DNA of 64,000 bases, taken from positions 32,001-96,000 of IMG/VR virus record IMGVR_UViG_3300028591_003737; one strand, written 5' to 3'. A model generated the notes under the pieces. The model saw only the letters and a list, made by a program, of their open reading frames with translations. It searched no databases and had not been told where the DNA came from. The DNA is from a virus (taxonomy: Duplodnaviria > Caudoviricetes). The translations under genes and the position numbers were made by a program. Positions within the stretch are counted from its first letter, which is position 1. Each line of letters opens with the position of its first letter. Positions 51,849-61,478 of this stretch are shown here, one piece after another.

Positions 51849-54074
51849 TTACCAATCTTTTTCTAAAACAATACCATCATCATCGCATAAATGACCATTT
51901 TGTACCCAAGTATAATGAACATGTTTACTTCTTTCGTTGGCAAGTTCATATAATTCACTTTCGGATGGTTCTTCTTCAACAAATAATGAAGATATATTTG
52001 GATGATAATCTGAATCAAGTTTATTTATACGTTTTTCTAATTCTACTCGAATTTCTTTCAATTCAGTTAAATTATCTGAACTATTAATAAAATCAATTAT
52101 TTCTTGTTTATTCATTAAAATAAATTTTTATCTATTTCTTTTGTTAAATATATTTCTTTAATATCACCTTTTAATTTATCTAATCTATCAGAATGTTTAT
52201 AATATTCATTTTTAAGATATTCTAATCTTTTATTCATTTCTTTATAATTACCTACAACAGGTATAACTTTTAATGATTTAGAATAATCTTCATGATATAC
52301 CATCATACACCATTCTGTAGGCATATATGTTGATTCTCCAATAGTATCGGTATTATCTTTATAATTATCACTTTCATTTTGAAGTCTAAAATATAAAATA
52401 TCTTCTAAATTTATCCATGTTTTTCTAGGTTCGTCATGTTCCCCCCTTTTAGTTTTTTCATTATATGATTCACCATGAGTATCATAAACAAATAATTTAA
52501 CTTTAGTTTCTATTTTAGAAACAATTTCTTCATTAGATTCAAAATTTGTATTATAATCTATCGTATTCATTAATATTGTTCTTTTGTTAAACTTTCTAAT
52601 AATTCTTTATACTCTTTTCTATAAGATTCACTACCAAACTTAATTGTTAAATCTTCTTGAGGATAACTTCTATCATAATCAATACTCATTAAATAAAAAT
52701 CATCTGAAATCCAAAAATCTGTATAATTAAGTCCTAATTTCCAATGTTTATAACTATCTAATTCTTTAATCTTTTCAATTTCATTAGAACGTATTTCATG
52801 CATTCTGTCAAGAGTTTCTTTATTATGCTCTAACCATAATTGATGTTTCTCTTCTTTTTCTTTTAATATTTGCCTATGTTTTTCATTCTCTAATTGACAT
52901 AGATAATTATATTCATCAATGTAATCTTTCGTTTCAGAATACATTTTATTTATTGTATCATTAGTATATGGAATTACAGTCATATTTATTCAGAATAATT
53001 TATAATTTTTATCTTCTCTAATTTATCTATTATGTTATAATATTTTGAAATTAGCTTAGTATATTCTTCTATTTTCTTTCTACATAATTCTCTGATATAT
53101 GCTTCTGCATCTTCTTTTGTTGCAAAAATGCGATAATGATATACATCTATATGTGTAGAATTTAATACTTGTTCAAATTCATCATCAAATAGATGATCTT
53201 GTCCATGCATACCAGTATGTTCTGGTGTGGATTCACGAGCATCATTACAAAGACGGATAACTTGAAAATCGGCACCATTGCTAAAATTCTTTGATGAACG
53301 AATTGTACCTTGAATATGTTTAGTTGGTGTTTCTTCACCCCACATACTTCTATCCCATTCTTCGTATTTAAGATTTACCTTACATTTATATATCTTATTA
53401 GGTACTTCATCTTCTTTTAGTTTATAAAAATCTAAAACATATACAAATGTATCTTTATTTAATATATCTAGTACTTTCATATCTATTAATATCTATCTGG
53501 ACTTCCAATATCACCTTTATCATCATTATGTGTATGCCACCAATTCTGTTCTAAATCCATAAGTAATCCTTCTGGATATTCTTCAGGACAATCTGGATCT
53601 TCTTGAAGAGTAGCATCAAGTTCATCAGCAATCATCATAGCAGCACTGCATAATCCTTCACGATAACCTTCCTGAAGATAATATAGTTGTTCTTCAGTCA
53701 TATCATCTGATTTAATTGTATAAGCCCTATAATCTCTAAGTTGATTAATTAATCTTTTAAGAAGTTCAATTTTATTTTCCATATTATTTAATTTTTAAAA
53801 TTTCACCGTATTGTTCTGCTATATATAAAAATTTTTCTACCATTCCTTGAGAATAATAATTTCTTACAATTACTCCATTTTCATATCTTGAATTAGCTAC
53901 AGCAGCAAATGTTATTTCATACGTTTTAGAAGAATCATTTTTATCTCTTCCAATAACATTAAAACTTCTAGTAGGAGGTATTATTTCATTTACAACAAGA
54001 CTTTTAAGATATTTTGTAATATCTTCTTCATTTATAAATTCTTCTACTACTAAATTTTTATTAAGATGTAACAT
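51849..54074 (-). CDS. Six hypothetical proteins (51849-52115, 52115-52570, 52570-52983, 52986-53480, 53486-53782, 53784-54074)
   Basis: Tandem coupled ORFs. Confidence 0.6.
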
Positions 54075-54166
54075 TATTTATTTATTAAATTTTGATGTAT
54101 CTTCAACTCTTCTTTGTGCTTCATCTACTTTACCAAGAATTTTTAATGCTTTATCAGATTTTCTTT

Positions 54167-55933
54167 TTATTTATTTTTTGATTTATTTAATTTTTCTTTT
54201 TGTTTAGCAAGTTTCTCTTTTTCTTTTGCTAATTTTTCTTTTTCTTTTAATTTCTTTTCACGTTCTTTAGCTTTACGTTCTTTTTCTTTCTGTTTTGCTA
54301 ATTTTTCTTTCTCTTTTAATTTCTTTTCTTTCTCTTTTTGTTTAGCTAATTTTTCTTTCTCTTTAGCTGCCTTTTCTTTTTCTTTCTGTTTCTTTGTCTT
54401 TTCCTTTTCTTTAGCAAGTTTTTCTTTCTGTTTCTTTTCTTTTACTTTCTGCTTTTCTCTTTCAAGTTTAGCTTTTTCTTCATCTTGCTTATATACACCA
54501 GTAAACTTTTCTTTCTTAGGATTTTCATCTTCAGGAAAATCAGATTCAAGAAGTTTTTTAAGATCCTTCAAATCCTTAAGATACATATCTTCAATTGTAG
54601 TATTCTTAATATATTCAAGTTCTTTCTTTATCTCTTCATTTTCTTTAAGAAGTGCTTCATATTCTTCCTTGGTGAGCTTAGAAATTGGAACATTAAGCAT
54701 TGTATCTGGAAGTGAATAAAGCTTCAAATCAGCTTTAATATCAGCTCGTGGACGATTATTTATCTTAATCGTTCCTTCAATAACAAGTTTAATGAACTTA
54801 CAAATATCAGTATTATCTTTTAATTTCTTTGTAAGAACATCAACAAGACGAGACTTTCTATCATTATATTTATTAAGTCTAAATGAAGTGAAATATTCAA
54901 TAAGACTATTAGGGGTTTCAAAATGTTTTACTTTACCATTCTCATCAAGAACCCAAAGATTATCATTAGGAACCCTCTTTATAAGTTTAAATTTATTAGG
55001 AAGATGAGTATCAGTATCTTCTTGACCAATCTCTTTCTTTAATTTACCACTATCAAATTGAACTGAATAATTAATCTTATGACCATCAGAGAAATTCTTC
55101 CAATCTTTAATATATCCAGTTTCAAGATATTTATTAAGAAGTTTTTCAAAATCATCAAATGTCATATCATAAGGAAGATCTGTGATAATCATAATATCAC
55201 GACTCTTATTATATGACCATTCGCCATAATTCTCCCAATAAGAAACTTCTTTTTCTTGATCAAATATAAATTTCCAATTATATGTTTTAACTCCTCTGAC
55301 ATATGGACGAGTCAATACATTACATTTTCCTTTCTTAATATATTCAATACAATTATCGATAATATCAATAGGATTATAACTCATTGTACTGAATCTATAA
55401 CCAGGAGCCATACCAATACCTCTACTTGTAAGAACAGTAGGAATAATTGGAAGATAATAAATTGGTTCTAGATATTCACCTTCGTCAAATATATAGTTAA
55501 GACAATCATAATCAGTTTTATATATCAAATTAGCATATTTATTTAGTTTGACATACAAATATCTTGGACTTGATGCTTCAGGAGAACGAAGTGTACCATA
55601 CTGACCTTCAATTGAAAGAGGATTAAGATTATCATTAAAATCTTGAGCAAGAGTAATGATAGTTGAATTAAGTGAAGCATCACCATGAGCATAAAGTGAA
55701 AGTTTAAGAGTATCACCAGAAAGATTAAGAAGTTTTACTGTAGAACCATTTTTAATAGTACCATTAAATGCTGCATGCATAATCTTTCTAGCACCTACTT
55801 TAAAACCATCAATAAGTGAAGGACAAGCACGTGTAGAAATAGTATATTTAGTAAAATCGGTATAATCAGAATTAAAGAATTCAGTTACACTTTTATTTTC
55901 TATTGTTACAATATTTTCTTTCTCTTTTGCCAT
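54167..55933 (-). CDS. Type IIA topoisomerase breakage-reunion subunit (T4 gp52-like) with Lys/Glu-rich tail
   Basis: SRACPSLIDGFK...RK, YAHGDASL, GQYG, ASSPRY catalytic Tyr, EP.YYLP. Confidence 0.92.
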   Translation of the reverse strand: MAKEKENIVTIENKSVTEFFNSDYTDFTKYTISTRACPSLIDGFKVGARKIMHAAFNGTIKNGSTVKLLNLSGDTLKLSLYAHGDASLNSTIITLAQDFNDNLNPLSIEGQYGTLRSPEASSPRYLYVKLNKYANLIYKTDYDCLNYIFDEGEYLEPIYYLPIIPTVLTSRGIGMAPGYRFSTMSYNPIDIIDNCIEYIKKGKCNVLTRPYVRGVKTYNWKFIFDQEKEVSYWENYGEWSYNKSRDIMIITDLPYDMTFDDFEKLLNKYLETGYIKDWKNFSDGHKINYSVQFDSGKLKKEIGQEDTDTHLPNKFKLIKRVPNDNLWVLDENGKVKHFETPNSLIEYFTSFRLNKYNDRKSRLVDVLTKKLKDNTDICKFIKLVIEGTIKINNRPRADIKADLKLYSLPDTMLNVPISKLTKEEYEALLKENEEIKKELEYIKNTTIEDMYLKDLKDLKKLLESDFPEDENPKKEKFTGVYKQDEEKAKLEREKQKVKEKKQKEKLAKEKEKTKKQKEKEKAAKEKEKLAKQKEKEKKLKEKEKLAKQKEKERKAKEREKKLKEKEKLAKEKEKLAKQKEKLNKSKNK

Positions 55934-55935
55934 AA

Positions 55936-57831
55936 TTAAACCTCATCTTTAAGTGCATTTCTTCTCTCATCAGCAATACCTTTTGCAAGCCAATGTCTGA
56001 ATGTAGAATCAGCAAGTTCATCTTTTGAATAAACTTGAAAATGTGGATTTTGCATCATATCACGATAATATCCACCTTCAAGAGTACCAAGTCCTTTAAT
56101 ATATTTAATCTTAAATCCCTTTAAACTCTTTTCATCTTTTTTATATTCTTTAAGAGTAAAATAACTTCTATGATCTTTTCCTTTCTCTGCAATGATAATA
56201 GGAGATATACTTCTACAAATTATACCTTGTTCAAATAATTCTGGGAAATGATTACAGAACTGCATAAGAAGACCAGCAATATGGTGACCATCTGCATCAG
56301 CATCAGAACTAATTACTATTCTATTAAAATTCAAAGTTTCTTTAGAATTCTTTTCACCCCATTTAAGATTCATTATATTAATGATATCACTAAATACTTG
56401 GTTTTTCATAACTTGAACAGCACTCATACCATAAGTATTAAGTGGAACACCTCTCATAATATATGCTGCTTGAGTAATAGGATTTCTTGAAACACGGAAA
56501 CCAGCTTTAGCAGAATCTCCCTCAAATATCCAAAGTTCTTTCTCACTTCTATTTCTAGAAGTACAGTTAATAAACTTATCAGAACGAAGAAGTTTCTTAC
56601 CGGCTTCTTTATTAAGTTTACGTATCTTTGCTAAATCTTCTGCTTCACTCTTCTGTTGATACCAATCAAGAACAATATTGATAATTTCAGATTTTGTAAT
56701 AGCATTTAAAAATTTATCTGGACAAGGAATATAACCATATTCTCTTGAGAATAATTCAGCACTTGTAGTTAATTCTTCTTTAGTCTGAGATGAATATGCT
56801 GGATTAGAAACATCAATACTCATAAACATTGAATACTTATTATCTACACCAACACTAGATTTGAGTTCAATCTTATGCTTCTTTTCCATGAATTCAATAA
56901 TCTTATTATTGATTTCATTTCTAACTGCTTTAATATGAGTACCTTTACTACATTCTGCACCATTAACAAAACCAATATTGATATTTCCAGAAGGATATAC
57001 CCATACTGCTTTCTGAGAGTCTTCAAATTTAATACCTTCTTGAATATCTACAAAATTTGAATATAAGTCAATATACTCATCAAATTTCTTAAACTTCCAT
57101 TTACTCTTCTTTGAATCTTCATCATCTTTATATTCAAAATGTACTGTAAGACCAATATTTGCAGCTGCTGCATCAATACATCTCTTTTCTATAATATCTA
57201 CAAAATCAAGATTAAAACATTCTTGATTGTCAAATCTCTTATAATCAAGTAAAAATGTTGTCTTCGTATAATGTTGATCTGATTTTTCAACTTTAAGATC
57301 ATCATTAACTACTCCCATATTATCACTCCAAGAACGATAAAACTTATGTTTCTTATCACAAGTTTCAATAATAAATTGTTTTGAAAATACATTACAAAGA
57401 GCAGAACCAACACCATTTGTACCAATTACATTTCTATCTTCAGTATCATCATAATTACTTGATGTACGAAGTCTACCAAATATAAATTCAGGAACATATA
57501 TACCTGCTTCTTTATGTTTTACTACAGGAATACCACCATTATCTTTAATGGTTATCCAACCATCATCTGATAATGTTACCCAAATATCTGTAAGTCCAAG
57601 ATTATCTTTTCTACGAAATTCATCACAAGAATTAGAGATAACTTCATCTACAACTTTAAGCATTGCAGGAGTATACTTTACTTCTCTAATTTCCATTGTT
57701 TCAGAATGAGAATCATATAAGAACATAGTCTTTTCTTCCTCTTTGATAGAACCAACCCACATACCAGGTCTTAATAGGATATGTTCTCGTTCTGATAATT
57801 CTTTATATTTTTCTTCTATCTTTTTCGCCAT
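55936..57831 (-). CDS. Type IIA topoisomerase ATPase/TOPRIM subunit (fused gp39+gp60-like)
   Basis: EHILLRPGMWVGS, DEVISNSCD, DNGGIP, GTNGVG, EGDSA, DADADG.HI, KGLG. Confidence 0.93.
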   Translation of the reverse strand: MAKKIEEKYKELSEREHILLRPGMWVGSIKEEEKTMFLYDSHSETMEIREVKYTPAMLKVVDEVISNSCDEFRRKDNLGLTDIWVTLSDDGWITIKDNGGIPVVKHKEAGIYVPEFIFGRLRTSSNYDDTEDRNVIGTNGVGSALCNVFSKQFIIETCDKKHKFYRSWSDNMGVVNDDLKVEKSDQHYTKTTFLLDYKRFDNQECFNLDFVDIIEKRCIDAAAANIGLTVHFEYKDDEDSKKSKWKFKKFDEYIDLYSNFVDIQEGIKFEDSQKAVWVYPSGNINIGFVNGAECSKGTHIKAVRNEINNKIIEFMEKKHKIELKSSVGVDNKYSMFMSIDVSNPAYSSQTKEELTTSAELFSREYGYIPCPDKFLNAITKSEIINIVLDWYQQKSEAEDLAKIRKLNKEAGKKLLRSDKFINCTSRNRSEKELWIFEGDSAKAGFRVSRNPITQAAYIMRGVPLNTYGMSAVQVMKNQVFSDIINIMNLKWGEKNSKETLNFNRIVISSDADADGHHIAGLLMQFCNHFPELFEQGIICRSISPIIIAEKGKDHRSYFTLKEYKKDEKSLKGFKIKYIKGLGTLEGGYYRDMMQNPHFQVYSKDELADSTFRHWLAKGIADERRNALKDEV

Positions 57832-57854
57832 ATATAAAAAATATTATTCAATAT

Positions 57855-57890
57855 AATATAGAAAACAGATGAAAATATTTTCATCTGTTT
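57855..57890 (-). promoter_or_regulatory. Class I promoter embedded in a 28-bp perfect palindrome
   Basis: AAACAGATGAAAAT-ATTTTCATCTGTTT (57863-57890); TGAA-N18-CTATATT. Confidence 0.65.
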
Positions 57891-57914
57891 CATAATATAT
57901 TAATATTTAATTAG

Positions 57915-58856
57915 TTATAATAATTCAATTCCATCTCGTTTACATTCATCAATCATCTCTTTTGGCCAAACTGAAGCTTGAACTTCACCAATATGCTTCT
58001 TTTGTAAGATTAACATACATAATCTTGACTGACCTATTCCACCACCGATTGTATAAGGAACATTTTTATTTAGAATATCTTCATAATATTCACATTTTTG
58101 AAATAGTATATTATTTTTTCCAACATAATTTAATTGATCAAATAATGAATCTCTATCTACTCTAATTCCCATACTTGATATTTCAATAGGAGCTTGTATT
58201 GCATCAGACCAATATAGTAAATCTCCATTTAATTGCCAATCATCATAATCAGCAGCTCTTAAATCATGTGGTTTACCATCTGGAAGTGGCCATCCTATTC
58301 TTTCAATAAATACTACTTTATTTTCTTTACATATTAAATATTCTCTTGACTTTGGAGCTACTGCTGGATATAAATCATATAAATCTTTTGAATTAATAAA
58401 ATATACATTTTCTGGATATTTTTTATTAATATCAAAAAATGAATTTATAACTTTATGTATTATTGAAACTGTTTCTTCTAAATAATTTTTAGTTCTATTA
58501 CTTTCATTAATTATTTTTTCCCAATCCCATTGGTCAACATAAATTGAATGAAGATTGTCAGGAGTTTCATCAGGACGAATAGCATTCATATCAACATATA
58601 TTCCTTGGTATTTTGATGAATCAAAATCTTTAAGTCTCATTCTTTTCCATTTAGCAAGACTTTGTACAACTTGTAATTTTCCAGATTGTGTATTAAATGT
58701 TACAGGATTACTGTTTCCAAGATCATCATTAATATTTGATTCTACAGATACAAAAATTGGACCAGAAACTCTAAGTAAATTTAACTCATAAGCAAGTTTT
58801 CTTTCAAAATTATCTTTAATTTGTTTTATCTTTTCTTCTGTCTGTTCTCTATTCAT
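57915..58856 (-). CDS. asnA: Aspartate-ammonia ligase (asparagine synthetase A)
   Basis: VVQSLAKWKR, DMNAIRPDE, HSIYVDQWDWEK, RAADYDDW, SSMGIRV, TIGGGIGQSR. Confidence 0.95.
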   Translation of the reverse strand: MNREQTEEKIKQIKDNFERKLAYELNLLRVSGPIFVSVESNINDDLGNSNPVTFNTQSGKLQVVQSLAKWKRMRLKDFDSSKYQGIYVDMNAIRPDETPDNLHSIYVDQWDWEKIINESNRTKNYLEETVSIIHKVINSFFDINKKYPENVYFINSKDLYDLYPAVAPKSREYLICKENKVVFIERIGWPLPDGKPHDLRAADYDDWQLNGDLLYWSDAIQAPIEISSMGIRVDRDSLFDQLNYVGKNNILFQKCEYYEDILNKNVPYTIGGGIGQSRLCMLILQKKHIGEVQASVWPKEMIDECKRDGIELL

Positions 58857-58857
58857 A

Positions 58858-60108
58858 TTAATCTAATAATGTAATTATCATTTCTTTTTCCTTTGAAGTC
58901 AATGAATTACCAATATTTTTTAATGCTTGTGTTATAATATACTTTACTTTATTTGCTGGTATTCCTTCTGACTCTGAAATTTCATTTATTGAAAGTTGAT
59001 ATGGCATTCCTACACCAAAACGTTTTTTAATTATTCTTCTATCAGTAACAGATAAATTACATAATGCCTTTTCAACTACTTCTTTAAGTATATCTTGTTT
59101 TTCAAGATTTTCTACATATTCATCTTCAATAATGAATTCTTCATTAGTTACTTTAGCAAGTTCATCATCATAATAAGTATCATCAGTATAAGGATTTACA
59201 CTATCTAGATTTATTATAGTAATACTTGAATTAACTTTATTACCTTCTTCATCAGTTTTCTTTCTTGCAGATTTTGGAACTCTAACAACTTTACTTAACT
59301 TATTTAACTCTAATAAGATATAAGCTCTAATCCATTGGAATGCAACAGATGCAAATATTGCAGTCTTAATATTCTTATTTGTCCAGTTTAAGAATTCATC
59401 TTTATCTACAAACCCATCTTCAGGAATAAGATTAAGTGTTCTTTCAAGATCTTTTGAATATGTGAATGATTTTTTAATTATTTCTTCAGCATCTTTATTA
59501 GTAAAACTTTCTAAAGATGACTCTTTAATATTTTTAACAATTGTATTCTTTAAATTTGCCTTTTCAGTATCAAACTTATCAAATGCTACACAAAGACCAT
59601 AATTTCCAATTTGAATTAAATCTTCAAATGGAAGTCCTAAATTTTGATAACGTTTTGCACAATTGATTACAAGTTTAAGATTATTCTTGATGAAAGTATC
59701 TCTATTCTCTGGTAAGAATTCCAGATTATCACTATCAGACATAGGAGATTTGATATACTCTCTTTTTACATCATTGAAATAAATATCAATGTTATTGTCA
59801 TATGTTTTATAATCTGTATAATGTCGTGCAAGTTTTCCTCTTGCTACTACTTTCAATCTATCAAAAAAATCTTCATCAATCTCATTACAATTATTCAATT
59901 GTTCTTTGATTGACTCTAAATAATAATCAGTTATAGCACGTTCGCTACAACCTTTTAATGCTTTTATTTCTGATTTTAATACTTCTGAAAATACTGATAT
60001 AAATCTATCAGGATCATCTATACAAATAATTTCATCTAAAGTCTTTCTAAATTTTTTAAGTTTAGTCTGACTGGTTTTGTTTAAATTAATACTACTACTT
60101 CTACTCAC
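58858..60108 (-). CDS. RpoD-like sigma-70 factor with insertion
   Basis: GTG start; NLKLVINCAKRY, DLIQIGN.GL..AFDKFD, F...A.QWIR, VRVP, region 4 IIKKRFG...EI. Confidence 0.85.
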   Translation of the reverse strand: MSRSSSINLNKTSQTKLKKFRKTLDEIICIDDPDRFISVFSEVLKSEIKALKGCSERAITDYYLESIKEQLNNCNEIDEDFFDRLKVVARGKLARHYTDYKTYDNNIDIYFNDVKREYIKSPMSDSDNLEFLPENRDTFIKNNLKLVINCAKRYQNLGLPFEDLIQIGNYGLCVAFDKFDTEKANLKNTIVKNIKESSLESFTNKDAEEIIKKSFTYSKDLERTLNLIPEDGFVDKDEFLNWTNKNIKTAIFASVAFQWIRAYILLELNKLSKVVRVPKSARKKTDEEGNKVNSSITIINLDSVNPYTDDTYYDDELAKVTNEEFIIEDEYVENLEKQDILKEVVEKALCNLSVTDRRIIKKRFGVGMPYQLSINEISESEGIPANKVKYIITQALKNIGNSLTSKEKEMIITLLD

Positions 60109-60155
60109 GGTAATTACTAATCTATATTTATAGATTTTATACCGTTCTATATTAT

Positions 60156-60215
60156 AAAATAGTAAATATATAACAAAATATTCAAAAAATTTAATAACTT
60201 TTTGAATATCTTGTT
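60156..60215 (-). promoter_or_regulatory. Class I promoter plus inverted repeat upstream of the sigma gene
   Basis: TTTGAA-N18-CTATTTTATAAT; inverted repeat at 60172-60215. Confidence 0.6.
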
Positions 60216-60241
60216 GAAATATTTTAACTTTTTTAATTAAA

Positions 60242-60478
60242 TTACTTCATATATGTAACAAATCTTTTCTTAGATTGAGTATATGAATATTCTTCAATAT
60301 ATTCTCTCCATGTTTCAGATATCTTATATTTATTATTTGATTCTTTTACAACCCATACAAGATACTGAGGATCTGTTATCATAACAGTAGATAATGTTCT
60401 TCCTTGATATTTACCAAAGTTTAATTTTTCTGTTTTATCTACTAGTAATTTACCTGTAAAAAGGTCTCTTTCAATCAT
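60242..60478 (-). CDS. DUF3820 / exonuclease X C-terminal-like small protein
   Basis: FGKYQG...DPQYLVW. Confidence 0.65.
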   Translation of the reverse strand: MIERDLFTGKLLVDKTEKLNFGKYQGRTLSTVMITDPQYLVWVVKESNNKYKISETWREYIEEYSYTQSKKRFVTYMK

Positions 60479-60484
60479 TTTTAT

Positions 60485-61354
60485 TTAAATTTGAAAAACA
60501 CTTCCCATAGGGAAACCACGACGATTAATTACATTATAAAGTTTCTTAGTAACTTCTTTTCTTACTTCAGGAGTGTTCTCAGCATTTGCAAATTCATCAA
60601 GAACTTTATCAACTTCATGATTAATAGCTCTTCTTTCAGCAACTATCTCATTAAGTATTTCTTGTTCTTCTGAATATTTTGTCTGAGGAGGAGCAATAGG
60701 AGCAGTTTTTATTTCCTCAACAAAATGAGGAGTACCTTTAATAACAGTAGGATCTTCTTCTACTTGGACAACTCCAGGTTCTTCTACTGTTTTAACTTCT
60801 GGTTCCTCATCTACAAGAGGAGCAGATTCAGCAACTACTTCAATAGGATCAATATTCTCAGAAACAAGTTCTTCTGGATTAGGAAGTACAGGATCTTCTA
60901 CAATAGGTTCTCTATGGTCATAGATAGTTACATCAAGTCCTTCACACTGATTAAGATACTTTTCCATAATAGGAATTACTTCATCAGGATTAAGTCCACC
61001 ATTTGAACAACCAAGAAGAGGGAATGCAACAGAAGTTATACCCTTCTCTGACCAAATTTCTACAAATTTCTTAAGTCCTTCTTCAATATATTCAATTTTA
61101 GAAGGATTCTTCCAATCAATCTTAGTAGGGAAATTTAAAATCCACTTACCATCTTCTGCTTTATAAATCCAAAGAACACCAGGTTTAAAGACTCCTTTAT
61201 CACAGAAACTTTTATATTTGTCAAACATTGCTGGGTATCTGTTTTTAAACTCAAGAGCGAGTCCTTTACCCATAACACCTACACAGTTAATTGTATTTAC
61301 TAGAGTTTGTGCAGATGAATCAAAAATAGTTTTACCACGTTCAATTTTAACCAT
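60485..61354 (-). CDS. Macrodomain protein (DarG/TARG1-like) with acidic Pro-rich tail
   Basis: NTINCVGVMGKGLA, NFPTK.DW, FPLLGCSNGGL. Confidence 0.88.
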   Translation of the reverse strand: MVKIERGKTIFDSSAQTLVNTINCVGVMGKGLALEFKNRYPAMFDKYKSFCDKGVFKPGVLWIYKAEDGKWILNFPTKIDWKNPSKIEYIEEGLKKFVEIWSEKGITSVAFPLLGCSNGGLNPDEVIPIMEKYLNQCEGLDVTIYDHREPIVEDPVLPNPEELVSENIDPIEVVAESAPLVDEEPEVKTVEEPGVVQVEEDPTVIKGTPHFVEEIKTAPIAPPQTKYSEEQEILNEIVAERRAINHEVDKVLDEFANAENTPEVRKEVTKKLYNVINRRGFPMGSVFQI

Positions 61355-61386
61355 ATATCTAATAATTATAGTTTATTTCATAATTC

Positions 61387-61448
61387 AATATAGAATAATA
61401 ATTTTACTAAATTCATGAAAATATCAATCTTCTAAAGTTTTATTTTTA
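61387..61448. promoter_or_regulatory. Divergent class I (minus) and class II (plus) promoters
   Basis: ATGAA-N18-CTATATT at 61387-61416; TATTTTTATATAAATA from 61441. Confidence 0.6.
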
Positions 61449-61478
61449 TATAAATACAATTATGTTTGAATTAAAGAT

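Noticed and set aside
54180-54480. CRISPR array or DNA tandem-repeat element
   Set aside because: The repeats are the coding Lys/Glu tail of the topoisomerase and have no repeat-spacer structure.
59356-59568. Intein or intron in the sigma factor
   Set aside because: The segment is in frame, only about 70 aa, and lacks Cys/Ser-start and His-Asn-end splice motifs.
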